Below, piece by piece: positions 1 through 9,357 of a stretch of 64,000 bases of DNA (position 1 is the first letter of the stretch; each line of letters opens with the position of its first letter). Under the pieces are notes generated by a model, which had not been told where the DNA came from, did not search any database, and saw only the letters and a list, made by a program, of their open reading frames with translations. Origin of the DNA: an uncultured virus (IMG/VR IMGVR_UViG_3300044513_001424) (taxonomy: Duplodnaviria > Heunggongvirae > Uroviricota > Caudoviricetes); the IMG/VR virus record IMGVR_UViG_3300044513_001424. One strand, 5' to 3'. Both the position numbers and the translations under genes were made by a program.

Positions 1-1
1 A

Positions 2-328
2 CCTTGTCACTCAACATTTGAAAGATGTTGTGTTCAACCAGGTGCTTGGGGCGGTGACTTTGCAATGGGTAACCACGTTATTCACTCTCCAAAACTTGAT
101 GGTTGGGATTGTCACTGTTACTATAACCAAGGTATTCCAACTGGTGCTCCTTTCATTGGAACTTTGGGCGTAGCATACACAATTAGAGAATGTTGGGTTC
201 GTTGCGGTTGCTGGACTGTCCCATATGGACACGGTGGTCAGGGTGGTATCACTAACCAGTGTGGAAGTGGCTGCTGCGGACAAGGCGGAACTGGCGGCGG
301 TGGTCTAGTCAAGATCACTTACGTCTGA
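2..328 (+). CDS. 5'-truncated Cys/Gly-rich tail fibre-like protein (C-terminus)
   Basis: Frame is open from base 2 (PCHSTFERCCVQPGAWGGDFAMGNH...) and ends GCCGQGGTGGGGLVKITYV, a cyanomyovirus fibre-like ending; a fibre chaperone follows. Confidence 0.6.
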   Translation, partial: PCHSTFERCCVQPGAWGGDFAMGNHVIHSPKLDGWDCHCYYNQGIPTGAPFIGTLGVAYTIRECWVRCGCWTVPYGHGGQGGITNQCGSGCCGQGGTGGGGLVKITYV

Positions 329-354
329 CATACGGAAATCACTATCCGATTCAG

Positions 355-378
355 AGGGAGTTTAAAACTCCCTTTTTT
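355..378 (+). terminator. Intrinsic terminator
   Basis: agggag...ctccct stem followed by T-run. Confidence 0.75.
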
Positions 379-387
379 AATGTTTTT

Positions 388-395
388 TATAAATA
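388..395 (+). promoter_or_regulatory. T4-type late promoter
   Basis: TATAAATA upstream of aaggag RBS and ATG 425. Confidence 0.8.
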
Positions 396-424
396 CTAAA
401 CGAAGGAGTTAACCTGAACAAACA

Positions 425-1171
425 ATGGCAATTATTTCTCACCAGTGGAATCTACCACTACCTAACGAATTTCTGGCAGATCATAGTTTTAGTAACGGTA
501 ATACTAGAGCCGTAACCTATGATGGACCAGACAAAATCTATCTACAGATTGGTGCAGATGGTTACGAAAAGTATGGACCACTATCTGCTGAAGATCTGGC
601 AGATGGTCGCCCAACACCAGTTGATGTTGTAGAACTTTTTGAAGTGGACTGTACTGTATATCCACTGATTTGTCAGTTAAGAGGTCCAGTCGTTAATGAA
701 TTGGAAGAAGAAAGAACTGATGAAGAACTTCCAGTACCAGGATCTCCACTTTTGGAAGGATATCCACAAATGACATACGGACTTCCTTTAATGTCGGATG
801 ATATCTATGACGCTGGTTCTATCAGAGTTGTTGATGGAGTTCCTACAATCAAAGCCTATACAGTACTGGAAAAGTTGAATGGCAGAGATGAAGACAAGAC
901 TTGGGACATAGTTAGACAACATAGAGATAGAGTTCTCAAAAATAGTGATGGTGCTATTGCAGAAGACATGCCTGAGGAAATGAAGCTTGAATGGAAGGCA
1001 TATCGCCAAAAACTAAGAGACTTCCCTGCAACCATGGAAGCCTCTGGCGTTCACCCAAACCTTGCTGATATGATGTTCCCTGAAGAACCATACTTCGTTA
1101 ATCCACCAGCTGATCCAGAACCACCAGCTGATGCATCAAGTTCTTGGGAACCACCTACAAAATGGTCTTGA
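425..1171 (+). CDS. Phage tail fibre assembly chaperone-domain protein
   Basis: C-terminal WDIVRQHRDRVLKNSD...WKAYRQKLRDFP pattern typical of tail assembly chaperones. Confidence 0.7.
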   Translation: MAIISHQWNLPLPNEFLADHSFSNGNTRAVTYDGPDKIYLQIGADGYEKYGPLSAEDLADGRPTPVDVVELFEVDCTVYPLICQLRGPVVNELEEERTDEELPVPGSPLLEGYPQMTYGLPLMSDDIYDAGSIRVVDGVPTIKAYTVLEKLNGRDEDKTWDIVRQHRDRVLKNSDGAIAEDMPEEMKLEWKAYRQKLRDFPATMEASGVHPNLADMMFPEEPYFVNPPADPEPPADASSSWEPPTKWS

Positions 1172-1191
1172 TAAAATAGTCATATAAATTT

Positions 1192-1223
1192 AATAGGAGG
1201 GACAAAATCCCTCCTATTTTTTT
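1192..1223 (+). terminator. Intrinsic terminator
   Basis: aataggaggga-caaaa-tccctcctatt 11-bp stem plus T-run. Confidence 0.85.
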
Positions 1224-1236
1224 ATGGCAAAATATT

Positions 1237-1884
1237 ATGTTCGAAGTAAACGAAAACATCTCTATAGAAATTAAAAAGTGTTATGATCATTTCAAGGGAA
1301 ATGACTATGGTTATATTTGGAGAAAAGTTTTTATAATTGACGATTTTTACCAAAACCCAGACGCAGTTAGGGCAACTGCACGGGCTCATACGCCTAGGTA
1401 CGAAAAGGAATATTGTGGTAATTTGATAGGCGGAAGAGTCGTGGAGACTTATCCCGAAATGATTAACTCTCTAAAACCAGTTTTTCAAAATTTATGTCAA
1501 CATGAACAGTGGAAAAACTTAGAATATTCACAAGATGAATTTGATAATAAGTGGAATAAAATGAAATTTATGGTCAATGTTACGAGTGGAGAAGATATAG
1601 AAAAACGATTTGATGAAAAGAATCATACCTATACATTCCATAAAGATGGAGTGGATTGTAAGTGGGCTGCACTAATATATTTGAATACAGAAGATGAATA
1701 TGAAGGAGGCACATCATTTTATTCTTGGGAAGGACACCCACAATCATATCCAAGAGAAGAATTTTTCTGTGAGATGAAATATAATAGAATGGTTTTATAT
1801 GAGGCTAATCAAATGCATGGAGCATTGATGAAAAGGGGTATGTTTACTTCAAAACCAAGGTTGGCACAGGTATTTTTTATATGA
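1237..1884 (+). CDS. DUF6445-like / 2OG-Fe(II) oxygenase-fold protein
   Basis: IDDFYQNPDAVR, HxD (HKD), ALIYLN...GGTSFY, MKYNRMVLY...HG. Confidence 0.7.
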   Translation: MFEVNENISIEIKKCYDHFKGNDYGYIWRKVFIIDDFYQNPDAVRATARAHTPRYEKEYCGNLIGGRVVETYPEMINSLKPVFQNLCQHEQWKNLEYSQDEFDNKWNKMKFMVNVTSGEDIEKRFDEKNHTYTFHKDGVDCKWAALIYLNTEDEYEGGTSFYSWEGHPQSYPREEFFCEMKYNRMVLYEANQMHGALMKRGMFTSKPRLAQVFFI

Positions 1885-1935
1885 TAAATAGTCACAGATA
1901 TGGCATTTTGCTTAATTACTTCTTGAGGTTGAAAA

Positions 1936-3060
1936 ATGAGATCTAAGGCATTCTTCATCAATGGTGGAGCTGGCAGAGTTATTTGTTCCATCCCTGCTTT
2001 TGAAAAATACGCAGAGACTCACGACGATTTTATTATCGTCGCTGAGGGAGGTACAGACTTTTTTAAGGGTCACCCTACCTTAGATGGGAGGGTTTATGAT
2101 GTCTGGCATAAAAATCTATTTGAGGAACACATTAAACATAGAGACTGTGTTACCCCAGAACCATATAGGATGTGGCACTATTACAACCAAAAGTGCAGCT
2201 TAACTCAAGCATTTGATATGGAAATTAATGGTTTGGATGAACCAAGAGAACTACCCAAACCAACCCTTAACCTCACTAAGATGGAGGTTATTCAAGGATA
2301 TAATTTAGTACAAGAAGTAAAAGCAGTAACTGGTAAAGATAAGGTAGTAGTTATTCAACCCTTTGGTCGCGGTGTAACCCAAATGGGAGACTTCATTGCA
2401 GACCCAAGTTCCAGAAGTTTGTCTCTTGTAAACGCTGTTGATATTATCAACGATCTTAAAAAAGATTATGGTGTTATCATTATGAGTGAGATTCATTTCC
2501 CAGTTGAGGAGAATGAAGATAAGGCTAAGTACAAAGTTGGTAGACCCCAGATTGAGGATATTCGTGTTTGGGCATCTGTAATTGATGTTGCTGATCATTT
2601 CCTGGGAGTTGATAGTATTGGTCAACATATCTGCAAATCGTTAGATAAGAAGGCGACGGTTGTTATTGGATCCACATATCCAATCAACATTAGTTATCCC
2701 GATGATACCAATTTCGACATTATCGACGTTGGTGTGGATAAGAGAGTCTATTCTCCTATTAGAATTTCTATGGATGAAGTGCGTGATAGATATAATGATC
2801 AGGCAATGGAGATGACCAAAGAACAGGTCAAACAAGTTATTGATAACGTAAGAAAGAATCTAGGAAAACCAAAGGCATTTACAGGTACATTTACACCTGT
2901 TCAACAACCAGACAACTCATGTTGTGCTCCAACTGGACAACCCCAACCAGCACAACCCATGATTGCTGATGGTAGTGCTCCATTTTTGACTGATAAACCC
3001 AAAAAACCAAAAGTTGGATTTAAGCAAGAAGTAAAGAATTTATTGAAAGAAACTAAGTGA
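1936..3060 (+). CDS. Putative glycosyltransferase (GT9 heptosyltransferase-like)
   Basis: GGAGRVICSIPA N-terminus, VVVIQPFGRG, ADHFLGVDSIGQHI resembling the GT9 DSG..H motif; late promoter GATAAATA at 1883. Confidence 0.5.
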   Translation: MRSKAFFINGGAGRVICSIPAFEKYAETHDDFIIVAEGGTDFFKGHPTLDGRVYDVWHKNLFEEHIKHRDCVTPEPYRMWHYYNQKCSLTQAFDMEINGLDEPRELPKPTLNLTKMEVIQGYNLVQEVKAVTGKDKVVVIQPFGRGVTQMGDFIADPSSRSLSLVNAVDIINDLKKDYGVIIMSEIHFPVEENEDKAKYKVGRPQIEDIRVWASVIDVADHFLGVDSIGQHICKSLDKKATVVIGSTYPINISYPDDTNFDIIDVGVDKRVYSPIRISMDEVRDRYNDQAMEMTKEQVKQVIDNVRKNLGKPKAFTGTFTPVQQPDNSCCAPTGQPQPAQPMIADGSAPFLTDKPKKPKVGFKQEVKNLLKETK

Positions 3061-3070
3061 GGTTTGAACA

Positions 3071-4867
3071 ATGACTCAGTGGATTGCAGCAATTGCTAGA
3101 GGTCATAATGCTGGAGTTTGCCTACTCAAAGACGGCGAACTGGTATTTGCATTAGAAGAAGAAAGACTATCTAGAAACAAGTATGATGGTGGCCCATATG
3201 CTACCATGATAAAAATTCTAGATTATACTGATAGGTTAGATTATCTTGTTATCGCACACACCCAACCATTAAATGAGGCGGGTCATTGTGATTTTAGTGG
3301 AGATCCAATCTATACAGCACTGGCAAGAAAGCTAGGACTAATTGATAGAAAAGCAAACCCACATGACCACCCACAAGTAATAGATCTAAGTTCTACGCAC
3401 CACAAACTACACGCATCTTGTGCTTTCTATAGATCTGGGTTTGAAGAAGCTGTTGCAGTAATCGTCGATGGTGCTGGAACATTTATTCCTATGGTCATTA
3501 ACGGTCAGGAAGAAATGTGTTGGGAATTAGAAACTATTTTCAACTGCAATTACCCAGCAGATATTAAAACTTTATATAAACACCAAGGTGGAAGAGGACC
3601 ATGGCAATCTGCAAGACTTCCTGAGTTCTCTAGTGAAAGAGAGGGTGAACAAGGAACCCATGAACTAATTCTTGATGATAGTGCTGGTATTACAAAAGCA
3701 TATGAAGCAGTGACACAGTACTGTGGATGGGCACCTATTGAAGCTGGTAAAACTATGGGTCTGTTCCCATACGGAAAACCAAATGATAATATCCCTCAGA
3801 TTTATGGTGATGGGGATGGTAGAAGCACTTGGAAGACATCGAACAGGGATGTAATTATTCCGACGTATCCTAACGGTGCCCTGGTCAACCAGAACAGGTT
3901 TACAGAGTTGAATACACCTGAGGGGTTCGACGGAGACTTAACCACCTTAGAGAACCGTAGAGACATGGCATACGCTATCCAAACAGAGTCTCAACAAATG
4001 GTATTGGATCTAATCCGAAAAGCCGTCAAAATGAGCGGACAAAAGAATGTAGTTCTTTCTGGTGGATATGCTCTTAATTGTGTTGCTAACTATTGGTATT
4101 TGGAACAACTAAAAGAAGAAGGTATCAATTTGTTTGTTGAACCAGTAAGTAATGATGCTGGAACCGCAATTGGTGCAGCTCTTTTGCAATATCATAGAGT
4201 TACTAACGATGATACTGTAAAACCAACAATTAAAAATCTCTACACTGGACCAGTTCACACCTATACTGTTGATGAAATTGTAGATATCGCAGATAAGTAT
4301 GGCGCTGATAGAGTCTTTGAGGCAACCGATGATGATGTAGTTGAGTTAATTACCAACAAAAACATTGTTGCAATGTTCCAAGGCAGATCTGAGGCTGGTC
4401 CTCGTGCATTGGGTAATCGTTCAATCATGTATGATCCCCGTGATCCAGATGGAAAAGATCATGTAAACACAATTAAGAGACGTGAATACTTCCGACCTTT
4501 TGCTGGTTCTATCCTAAAGGAACATGTCCACGAATGGTTTGATCTGCGTGGTATGGATGAAACTCCATTCATGATGTATGCAGTAAGATGTCAAGAAGGT
4601 ATTGAAGAAAAGATTCCAGCAATTATCCACGTAGATGGTACGTGTAGAATTCAAACCGTCACTGAAGATCAGAATGAAAACTATCATAGATTAATTAGTA
4701 AATTCTATGAAAAGACTGGATGTCCTATCATCTTTAATACTTCGTTCAATCTTGGTGGAGAACCTCTAGTAGAAGACCTCGACGATGCTTGTAGAACCCT
4801 TGCAAATAGTCTGATCGAATATGTTTATCTGCCTGAGTATGGATTGATGATTGAAATCAGTAACTAA
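3071..4867 (+). CDS. O-carbamoyltransferase (NodU/CmcH/TobZ family)
   Basis: EEERLSR, HHxxHA, DGAG, GKTMGL, SGGYALNC, EAGPRALGNRS, HVDGTCRIQTV, NTSFN motifs. Confidence 0.92.
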   Translation: MTQWIAAIARGHNAGVCLLKDGELVFALEEERLSRNKYDGGPYATMIKILDYTDRLDYLVIAHTQPLNEAGHCDFSGDPIYTALARKLGLIDRKANPHDHPQVIDLSSTHHKLHASCAFYRSGFEEAVAVIVDGAGTFIPMVINGQEEMCWELETIFNCNYPADIKTLYKHQGGRGPWQSARLPEFSSEREGEQGTHELILDDSAGITKAYEAVTQYCGWAPIEAGKTMGLFPYGKPNDNIPQIYGDGDGRSTWKTSNRDVIIPTYPNGALVNQNRFTELNTPEGFDGDLTTLENRRDMAYAIQTESQQMVLDLIRKAVKMSGQKNVVLSGGYALNCVANYWYLEQLKEEGINLFVEPVSNDAGTAIGAALLQYHRVTNDDTVKPTIKNLYTGPVHTYTVDEIVDIADKYGADRVFEATDDDVVELITNKNIVAMFQGRSEAGPRALGNRSIMYDPRDPDGKDHVNTIKRREYFRPFAGSILKEHVHEWFDLRGMDETPFMMYAVRCQEGIEEKIPAIIHVDGTCRIQTVTEDQNENYHRLISKFYEKTGCPIIFNTSFNLGGEPLVEDLDDACRTLANSLIEYVYLPEYGLMIEISN

Positions 4868-4868
4868 T

Positions 4869-6353
4869 ATGCATGAAGTAAAAAATATTACCGTTGTAGG
4901 TGGCGGCACAGCTGGGTGGCTTACTGCCACTTACTTTGCAAGAAGATTTCCTGGTGCTTTCAATGTAACTATCATTGACAAGAAAGAACCAGAAAGGATT
5001 GGTGTAGGGGAGGCAACCTTACTAAGTTTTCCAGCATATATGAAATCAATGGGATTCTTAGAAAATGAGTGGATGGAAGAAGTTGATTCTACTCTGAAGG
5101 GTGGTATTCTTTTTCCTGGTTGGGGCAAAAAAGATAAAACTGTTTGGCACCCATTTGGGTTTAGTGACTGTGCTGGAATTCCAATGTATGATGCTTGGAC
5201 AAACCATCAGAAAGAACATAATATTCTTGATATTCAACCACTTTATCGGACTGCAATAGAAGGTAAAATCGAATTAGGTTATACTCACGATACATATGCC
5301 AATCATATTGATTGTGGACTGTTGGTCAAGTATCTTATGAGAAAAACTAAAGGTAACTTGACGTATATCGAAGAAAATATTGATCAAGTAGTGTGGGATG
5401 GCGAAAACGTACATTCAATTATCACTGAAGGTGGAAAAGTAGTAAACTCGGATATTTTTATTGACTGTTCTGGATTCAATAGAGTCCTCGGTAAACATCA
5501 CAAGAGAATCGATCTTGATGATAGATTATTTGTCAATACTGCTGTTGCAGGAAGAGTAGAGTACAAAGACAAAACCAAAGAGATGCTTCCATTCACTAAA
5601 TGTGAAGCAGTGTCTGATGGATGGATTTGGACAATTCCAACTAGATCCAGAATGGGAACAGGTTTAGTATTCAATAGAAACATCACAGATCCAGAGGACG
5701 CAAAGACTGCTTTTGTTGAATATTGGGATAATAGGATTAGTAGAGATGACCTAAAGGTTATTAATTGGGATCCATATCATAGTGAAAAACACTGGGTTGG
5801 TAATGTAGTTTTCTGTGGATTGAGTGCTGGGTTTATTGAACCACTAGAAAGCACTGGTCTTGCATTAATGATTAGAGCTGGAGAAACATTGATGACATCA
5901 ATATCTGGATGGTTCTATCACGATCACGATAGGGACATGTTTAATGCCAATATGAAAGCATGTTTTGAAACGGCAGTTGACTATGTAAATATGCATTATT
6001 CATATTGCGAAAGAGAAGAACCTTTCTGGCAGTATGTTAGAGAGAAACATAAGAAGTCCGATATGCAGATTCTACAAGAAGAATTACTCACCAATCCACA
6101 AAAGTCAACTTCTAGATTACAAAAGTTAGGATTTTTTGGTGGAGATAATTGGACTGCTTGGTTGTCTCAAATTGTTCCCAATATTCCAGGCAAAACATAT
6201 TATGAACATATGAAAAATACAGTGAATGCGAGATTCGAATATTATATTAGTCATCTAAAAAATTCTATGATAGAATCGAGTTCACACGAAACTGTCCTCA
6301 AGAATATCGACAGTATTGGACCAAGAAACGAAAATCAGAATAGATTACTATGA
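4869..6353 (+). CDS. Flavin-dependent halogenase (PrnA/tryptophan halogenase family)
   Basis: GGGTAG, IGVGEAT, Lys at the PrnA K79-equivalent position (STLKGGILF), WIWTIP, FIEPLESTG; ATG 4869 preferred over TTG 4851. Confidence 0.88.
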   Translation: MHEVKNITVVGGGTAGWLTATYFARRFPGAFNVTIIDKKEPERIGVGEATLLSFPAYMKSMGFLENEWMEEVDSTLKGGILFPGWGKKDKTVWHPFGFSDCAGIPMYDAWTNHQKEHNILDIQPLYRTAIEGKIELGYTHDTYANHIDCGLLVKYLMRKTKGNLTYIEENIDQVVWDGENVHSIITEGGKVVNSDIFIDCSGFNRVLGKHHKRIDLDDRLFVNTAVAGRVEYKDKTKEMLPFTKCEAVSDGWIWTIPTRSRMGTGLVFNRNITDPEDAKTAFVEYWDNRISRDDLKVINWDPYHSEKHWVGNVVFCGLSAGFIEPLESTGLALMIRAGETLMTSISGWFYHDHDRDMFNANMKACFETAVDYVNMHYSYCEREEPFWQYVREKHKKSDMQILQEELLTNPQKSTSRLQKLGFFGGDNWTAWLSQIVPNIPGKTYYEHMKNTVNARFEYYISHLKNSMIESSSHETVLKNIDSIGPRNENQNRLL

Positions 6354-6748
6354 AGACCATATTTGTTAACGGAACCTTTGATATTCTCCACCCAGGACAT
6401 ATTGAACTATTCAAGGTAGCAAGATCTCTTGGTGATCGAGTCATCGTTGCAACAGACACTGATGAAAAGATCAGGGCAGATAAAGGCGAAGGGAAACCAG
6501 TAAACGATCTCTGTTATCGAGTGGCAATGCTTGAGTCAATTAAGTACATAGATACAGTGTTGTACTTTGATACCAGAGAACAACTTGCAGATTTAATAAA
6601 ACTCTATAGTCCAGACATTTTACTTTTGGGTGATGATTGGAAGCATGGTCCTGTTATTGGATTTCAACATGCTAAAGAAGTCAGATTCCTACCCAGAGTT
6701 GGTGGATATGCTAGTAGTAAAGTAGTTGAAAAAATTAAAAATCAATGA
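6350..6748 (+). CDS. Heptose-1-phosphate adenylyltransferase-like nucleotidyltransferase (HldE C-terminal/HldC-like)
   Basis: NGTFDILHPGH HxGH motif, KGEGKPVN, GDDW; adjacent to HldA-like kinase. Confidence 0.75.
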   Translation: MKTIFVNGTFDILHPGHIELFKVARSLGDRVIVATDTDEKIRADKGEGKPVNDLCYRVAMLESIKYIDTVLYFDTREQLADLIKLYSPDILLLGDDWKHGPVIGFQHAKEVRFLPRVGGYASSKVVEKIKNQ

Positions 6749-7512
6749 AACAGTTTTCAGTATTAGTCATTGGCGACTCCTGTGATGATGAATACATCTA
6801 TGGTGATTGTTCAAGATTGAATCCAGAAGGACCCATTCCAGTTCTTGATAGAACAGATGGTGAGGTAAAACCTGGCATGGCAGCAAACGTCAATGATAAT
6901 CTGAGAGCATTTGGTATTAGAACGAATCTAATTACTCAAAAAGAAAAGATCGTAAAAACTAGATTCATAGACAAGAAGAGTAACTATCAATTACTGAGAG
7001 TTGATACTACTCCAGAAGTCACTCCTCTTGCCGCACCACAGGTCAAGATGGCATTCATGCATGAATCTTATGATGCCATTGTAATCTCTGACTATGATAA
7101 AGGGTTTTTAGATGATCAGAGACTCAGAGTTATTGCCGATAACTTCAATGGTCCTATTTTTGTGGATACCAAAAAACGAGTATTGTTCGATAAGAAAAAC
7201 GTATTCTTCAAAATCAATGAGAAGGAGTACAATTTATTAGACAAGGCTCATTTACCTTCCGATGAAAATCTAATTGTTACTCTCGGATCTAAAGGAGTCC
7301 GATGGAGAGGTATTATGTTCCAACCAAAGGAAGTTAAAGTCTTCGATGTTTGTGGAGCGGGAGATACCTTTCTTGCAGCTTTAGTATTCCACTATCTTAT
7401 GACACTAAAAATGCAGGAGTCTATTGACTTTGCAAACAGAGCTGCTGCAATATCGGTTGAACACCCAGGTACATATCAACTTACACCAGAAGATTTGCAG
7501 AGTTTGAAATGA
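6745..7512 (+). CDS. Heptose-7-phosphate kinase-like PfkB kinase (HldE N-terminal/HldA-like)
   Basis: GDSCDDEYIYGDCSRLNPEGPIPVL, SDYDKG, DVCGAGDTF. Confidence 0.8.
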   Translation: MKQFSVLVIGDSCDDEYIYGDCSRLNPEGPIPVLDRTDGEVKPGMAANVNDNLRAFGIRTNLITQKEKIVKTRFIDKKSNYQLLRVDTTPEVTPLAAPQVKMAFMHESYDAIVISDYDKGFLDDQRLRVIADNFNGPIFVDTKKRVLFDKKNVFFKINEKEYNLLDKAHLPSDENLIVTLGSKGVRWRGIMFQPKEVKVFDVCGAGDTFLAALVFHYLMTLKMQESIDFANRAAAISVEHPGTYQLTPEDLQSLK

Positions 7513-8045
7513 AACAACCCCAAGTAATGTTTCCAATACCATGTTTCATTGAACCAGTTGATTTAGAAAAAATCAAGTTCAAAGAATCTGGCAATTATGA
7601 AAAGTCATTTTTAAGTAATGTCAGTACTACTCTTGGGAAAGATTCATTTACGGATGAGTCTTATTCCTATGTTTGTGGTATAATTTCAGAATGTATATGT
7701 CAGTTTTCAAACGAACCATTTTATATTGGTCAAGTTTGGCGAAACAATTATAAAAAAACTGATTGGCAAGATCCCCATATTCACTCTGGGGCTCAATGGA
7801 GTTTTGTCATTTATGATACTGTAGAAAGTTCGAAGACGGTCTTTATGAGTCCTGCTCGTAAAGAAATAATGAATCAATGGGGAATGTACGCTAATACTAT
7901 ACCAATGGACTTCATTCCAAATGTTCCCCCAGGACACATTATAATTTTCCCCTCTTGGGTAGAACACTTCGTAATGAGTGGCAATGAAGGAGTGACTATT
8001 TCAGGAAATGTGTATTTAACAGAACCACCTAAAGGACCAGTATGA
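7509..8045 (+). CDS. Putative 2OG-Fe(II) oxygenase (TIGR02466-like)
   Basis: W..NY....WQDPHIH, SFVIY, IIFPSWVEHFV, ISGN. Confidence 0.75.
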   Translation: MKQPQVMFPIPCFIEPVDLEKIKFKESGNYEKSFLSNVSTTLGKDSFTDESYSYVCGIISECICQFSNEPFYIGQVWRNNYKKTDWQDPHIHSGAQWSFVIYDTVESSKTVFMSPARKEIMNQWGMYANTIPMDFIPNVPPGHIIIFPSWVEHFVMSGNEGVTISGNVYLTEPPKGPV

Positions 8046-8368
8046 GATACGTTGTAGATATTGATGGAACCATTTGTGTCCCTGGAGAGGGAGATGGTAG
8101 ATATACTGAGGCAGTTCCTATTCACGATAGGATTGCTAAAATAAATAAACTATATGATGAAGGTCACTACATCGTATATTTGACTGCCAGAGGCATGGGT
8201 AGATTCGGGAATTCTCGTATGTTATCCCACAAAACATTTTATCATTTTACTTACGACCAACTAAGATCTTGGAATTGTAAGTTTCATGAACTCCACCTAG
8301 GTAAACCTGCTGGAGACTACTATATTGACGACAAAGGAGTACACTCTGATGATTTCTTCAAGACCTAG
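8042..8368 (+). CDS. Minimal HAD-superfamily phosphatase
   Basis: DIDGT, TARG, GKP and IDDK motifs I-IV. Confidence 0.8.
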   Translation: MRYVVDIDGTICVPGEGDGRYTEAVPIHDRIAKINKLYDEGHYIVYLTARGMGRFGNSRMLSHKTFYHFTYDQLRSWNCKFHELHLGKPAGDYYIDDKGVHSDDFFKT

Positions 8369-8723
8369 AGCAGGAGACCCAATCAAATTTGTCCCTAAAG
8401 GGTGGGGATATGAGAAGTGGATTGTAAACTGCGAACAGTATTGTGGCAAACTTCTATTTCTTGCCAAAGGTAAAAAGTGCTCATGGCACTATCACAAGAA
8501 AAAAGATGAAGTATTCTATGTTCAGAGTGGAAGAATTACAATCCTTTATGGTTGGGACGATAATATTGAACTTGCTACTGTTGGAACTCTTGAGAGGGGA
8601 GACAAGTTTCACGTCCCTATTGGAATGAAACATAGAATGATCGCTCTGGAGGACACTGAACTATTTGAGTTTAGTACAGAGCACTTTGATGAAGATAGTA
8701 ATAGGATAGAAGCTGGTGACTAA
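8349..8723 (+). CDS. Cupin-domain protein (sugar isomerase-like)
   Basis: VPKGWGYEKW, SWHYHKKKDEVF, PIGMKHRM; ATG 8349 preferred over TTG 8325. Confidence 0.75.
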   Translation: MISSRPRAGDPIKFVPKGWGYEKWIVNCEQYCGKLLFLAKGKKCSWHYHKKKDEVFYVQSGRITILYGWDDNIELATVGTLERGDKFHVPIGMKHRMIALEDTELFEFSTEHFDEDSNRIEAGD

Positions 8724-9357
8724 ATGTACTATTATTGATAGTGAGTCAAAGATAACAGACCTCATCTATGTTTTTGATGATTTTATTAGTAATGAAAACT
8801 GTGATCAAATGATCCAATGGTTTCACGATAACGAAGACCTCCATTTAGATGGAGTAGTAAACACTGGATCCACAGATGAACATATTTTAGATACAAATTC
8901 AAAAAGATGTAGAGAGGCAACGGTTCCAGCGGAGAATCAAATTTCTCAAATTTTAACTGATGCTACACAAAGAGCATATCAGAAAATTGTTGAAAATGGG
9001 GTAACTGCTCCAATAACGGATTTGTTTATTAATGGATATTCCATCAGAAAATACGAAGTAAATGATGGCATATTTGAAACGCACGTAGATCAACATGCTG
9101 GATCCACTATTGGTAGATTATTTGCCGTATTAATTTACTTGAATGATGTTGATGAAGGTGGGGAGACACTCTTTCCAACGTGGGGAATAGGTGTCAAACC
9201 AAAGAAGGGAAGAGTTTTGATATTTCCATGTAACTACTTATTTCCACACAAAGGGTGTGTACCAGTATCGAATCCAAAATATATGTCAGCTATGTTTATC
9301 AATTTTGTGACTGAAGATAACTCTCAACAGATCGAAACTGATAATCAATCCAGCTGA
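8716..9357 (+). CDS. 2OG-Fe(II) oxygenase (prolyl-4-hydroxylase-like)
   Basis: HVD, IYLNDVDEGGETLF, PKKGRVLIFP...HKG...KY. Confidence 0.85.
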   Translation: MTKCTIIDSESKITDLIYVFDDFISNENCDQMIQWFHDNEDLHLDGVVNTGSTDEHILDTNSKRCREATVPAENQISQILTDATQRAYQKIVENGVTAPITDLFINGYSIRKYEVNDGIFETHVDQHAGSTIGRLFAVLIYLNDVDEGGETLFPTWGIGVKPKKGRVLIFPCNYLFPHKGCVPVSNPKYMSAMFINFVTEDNSQQIETDNQSS

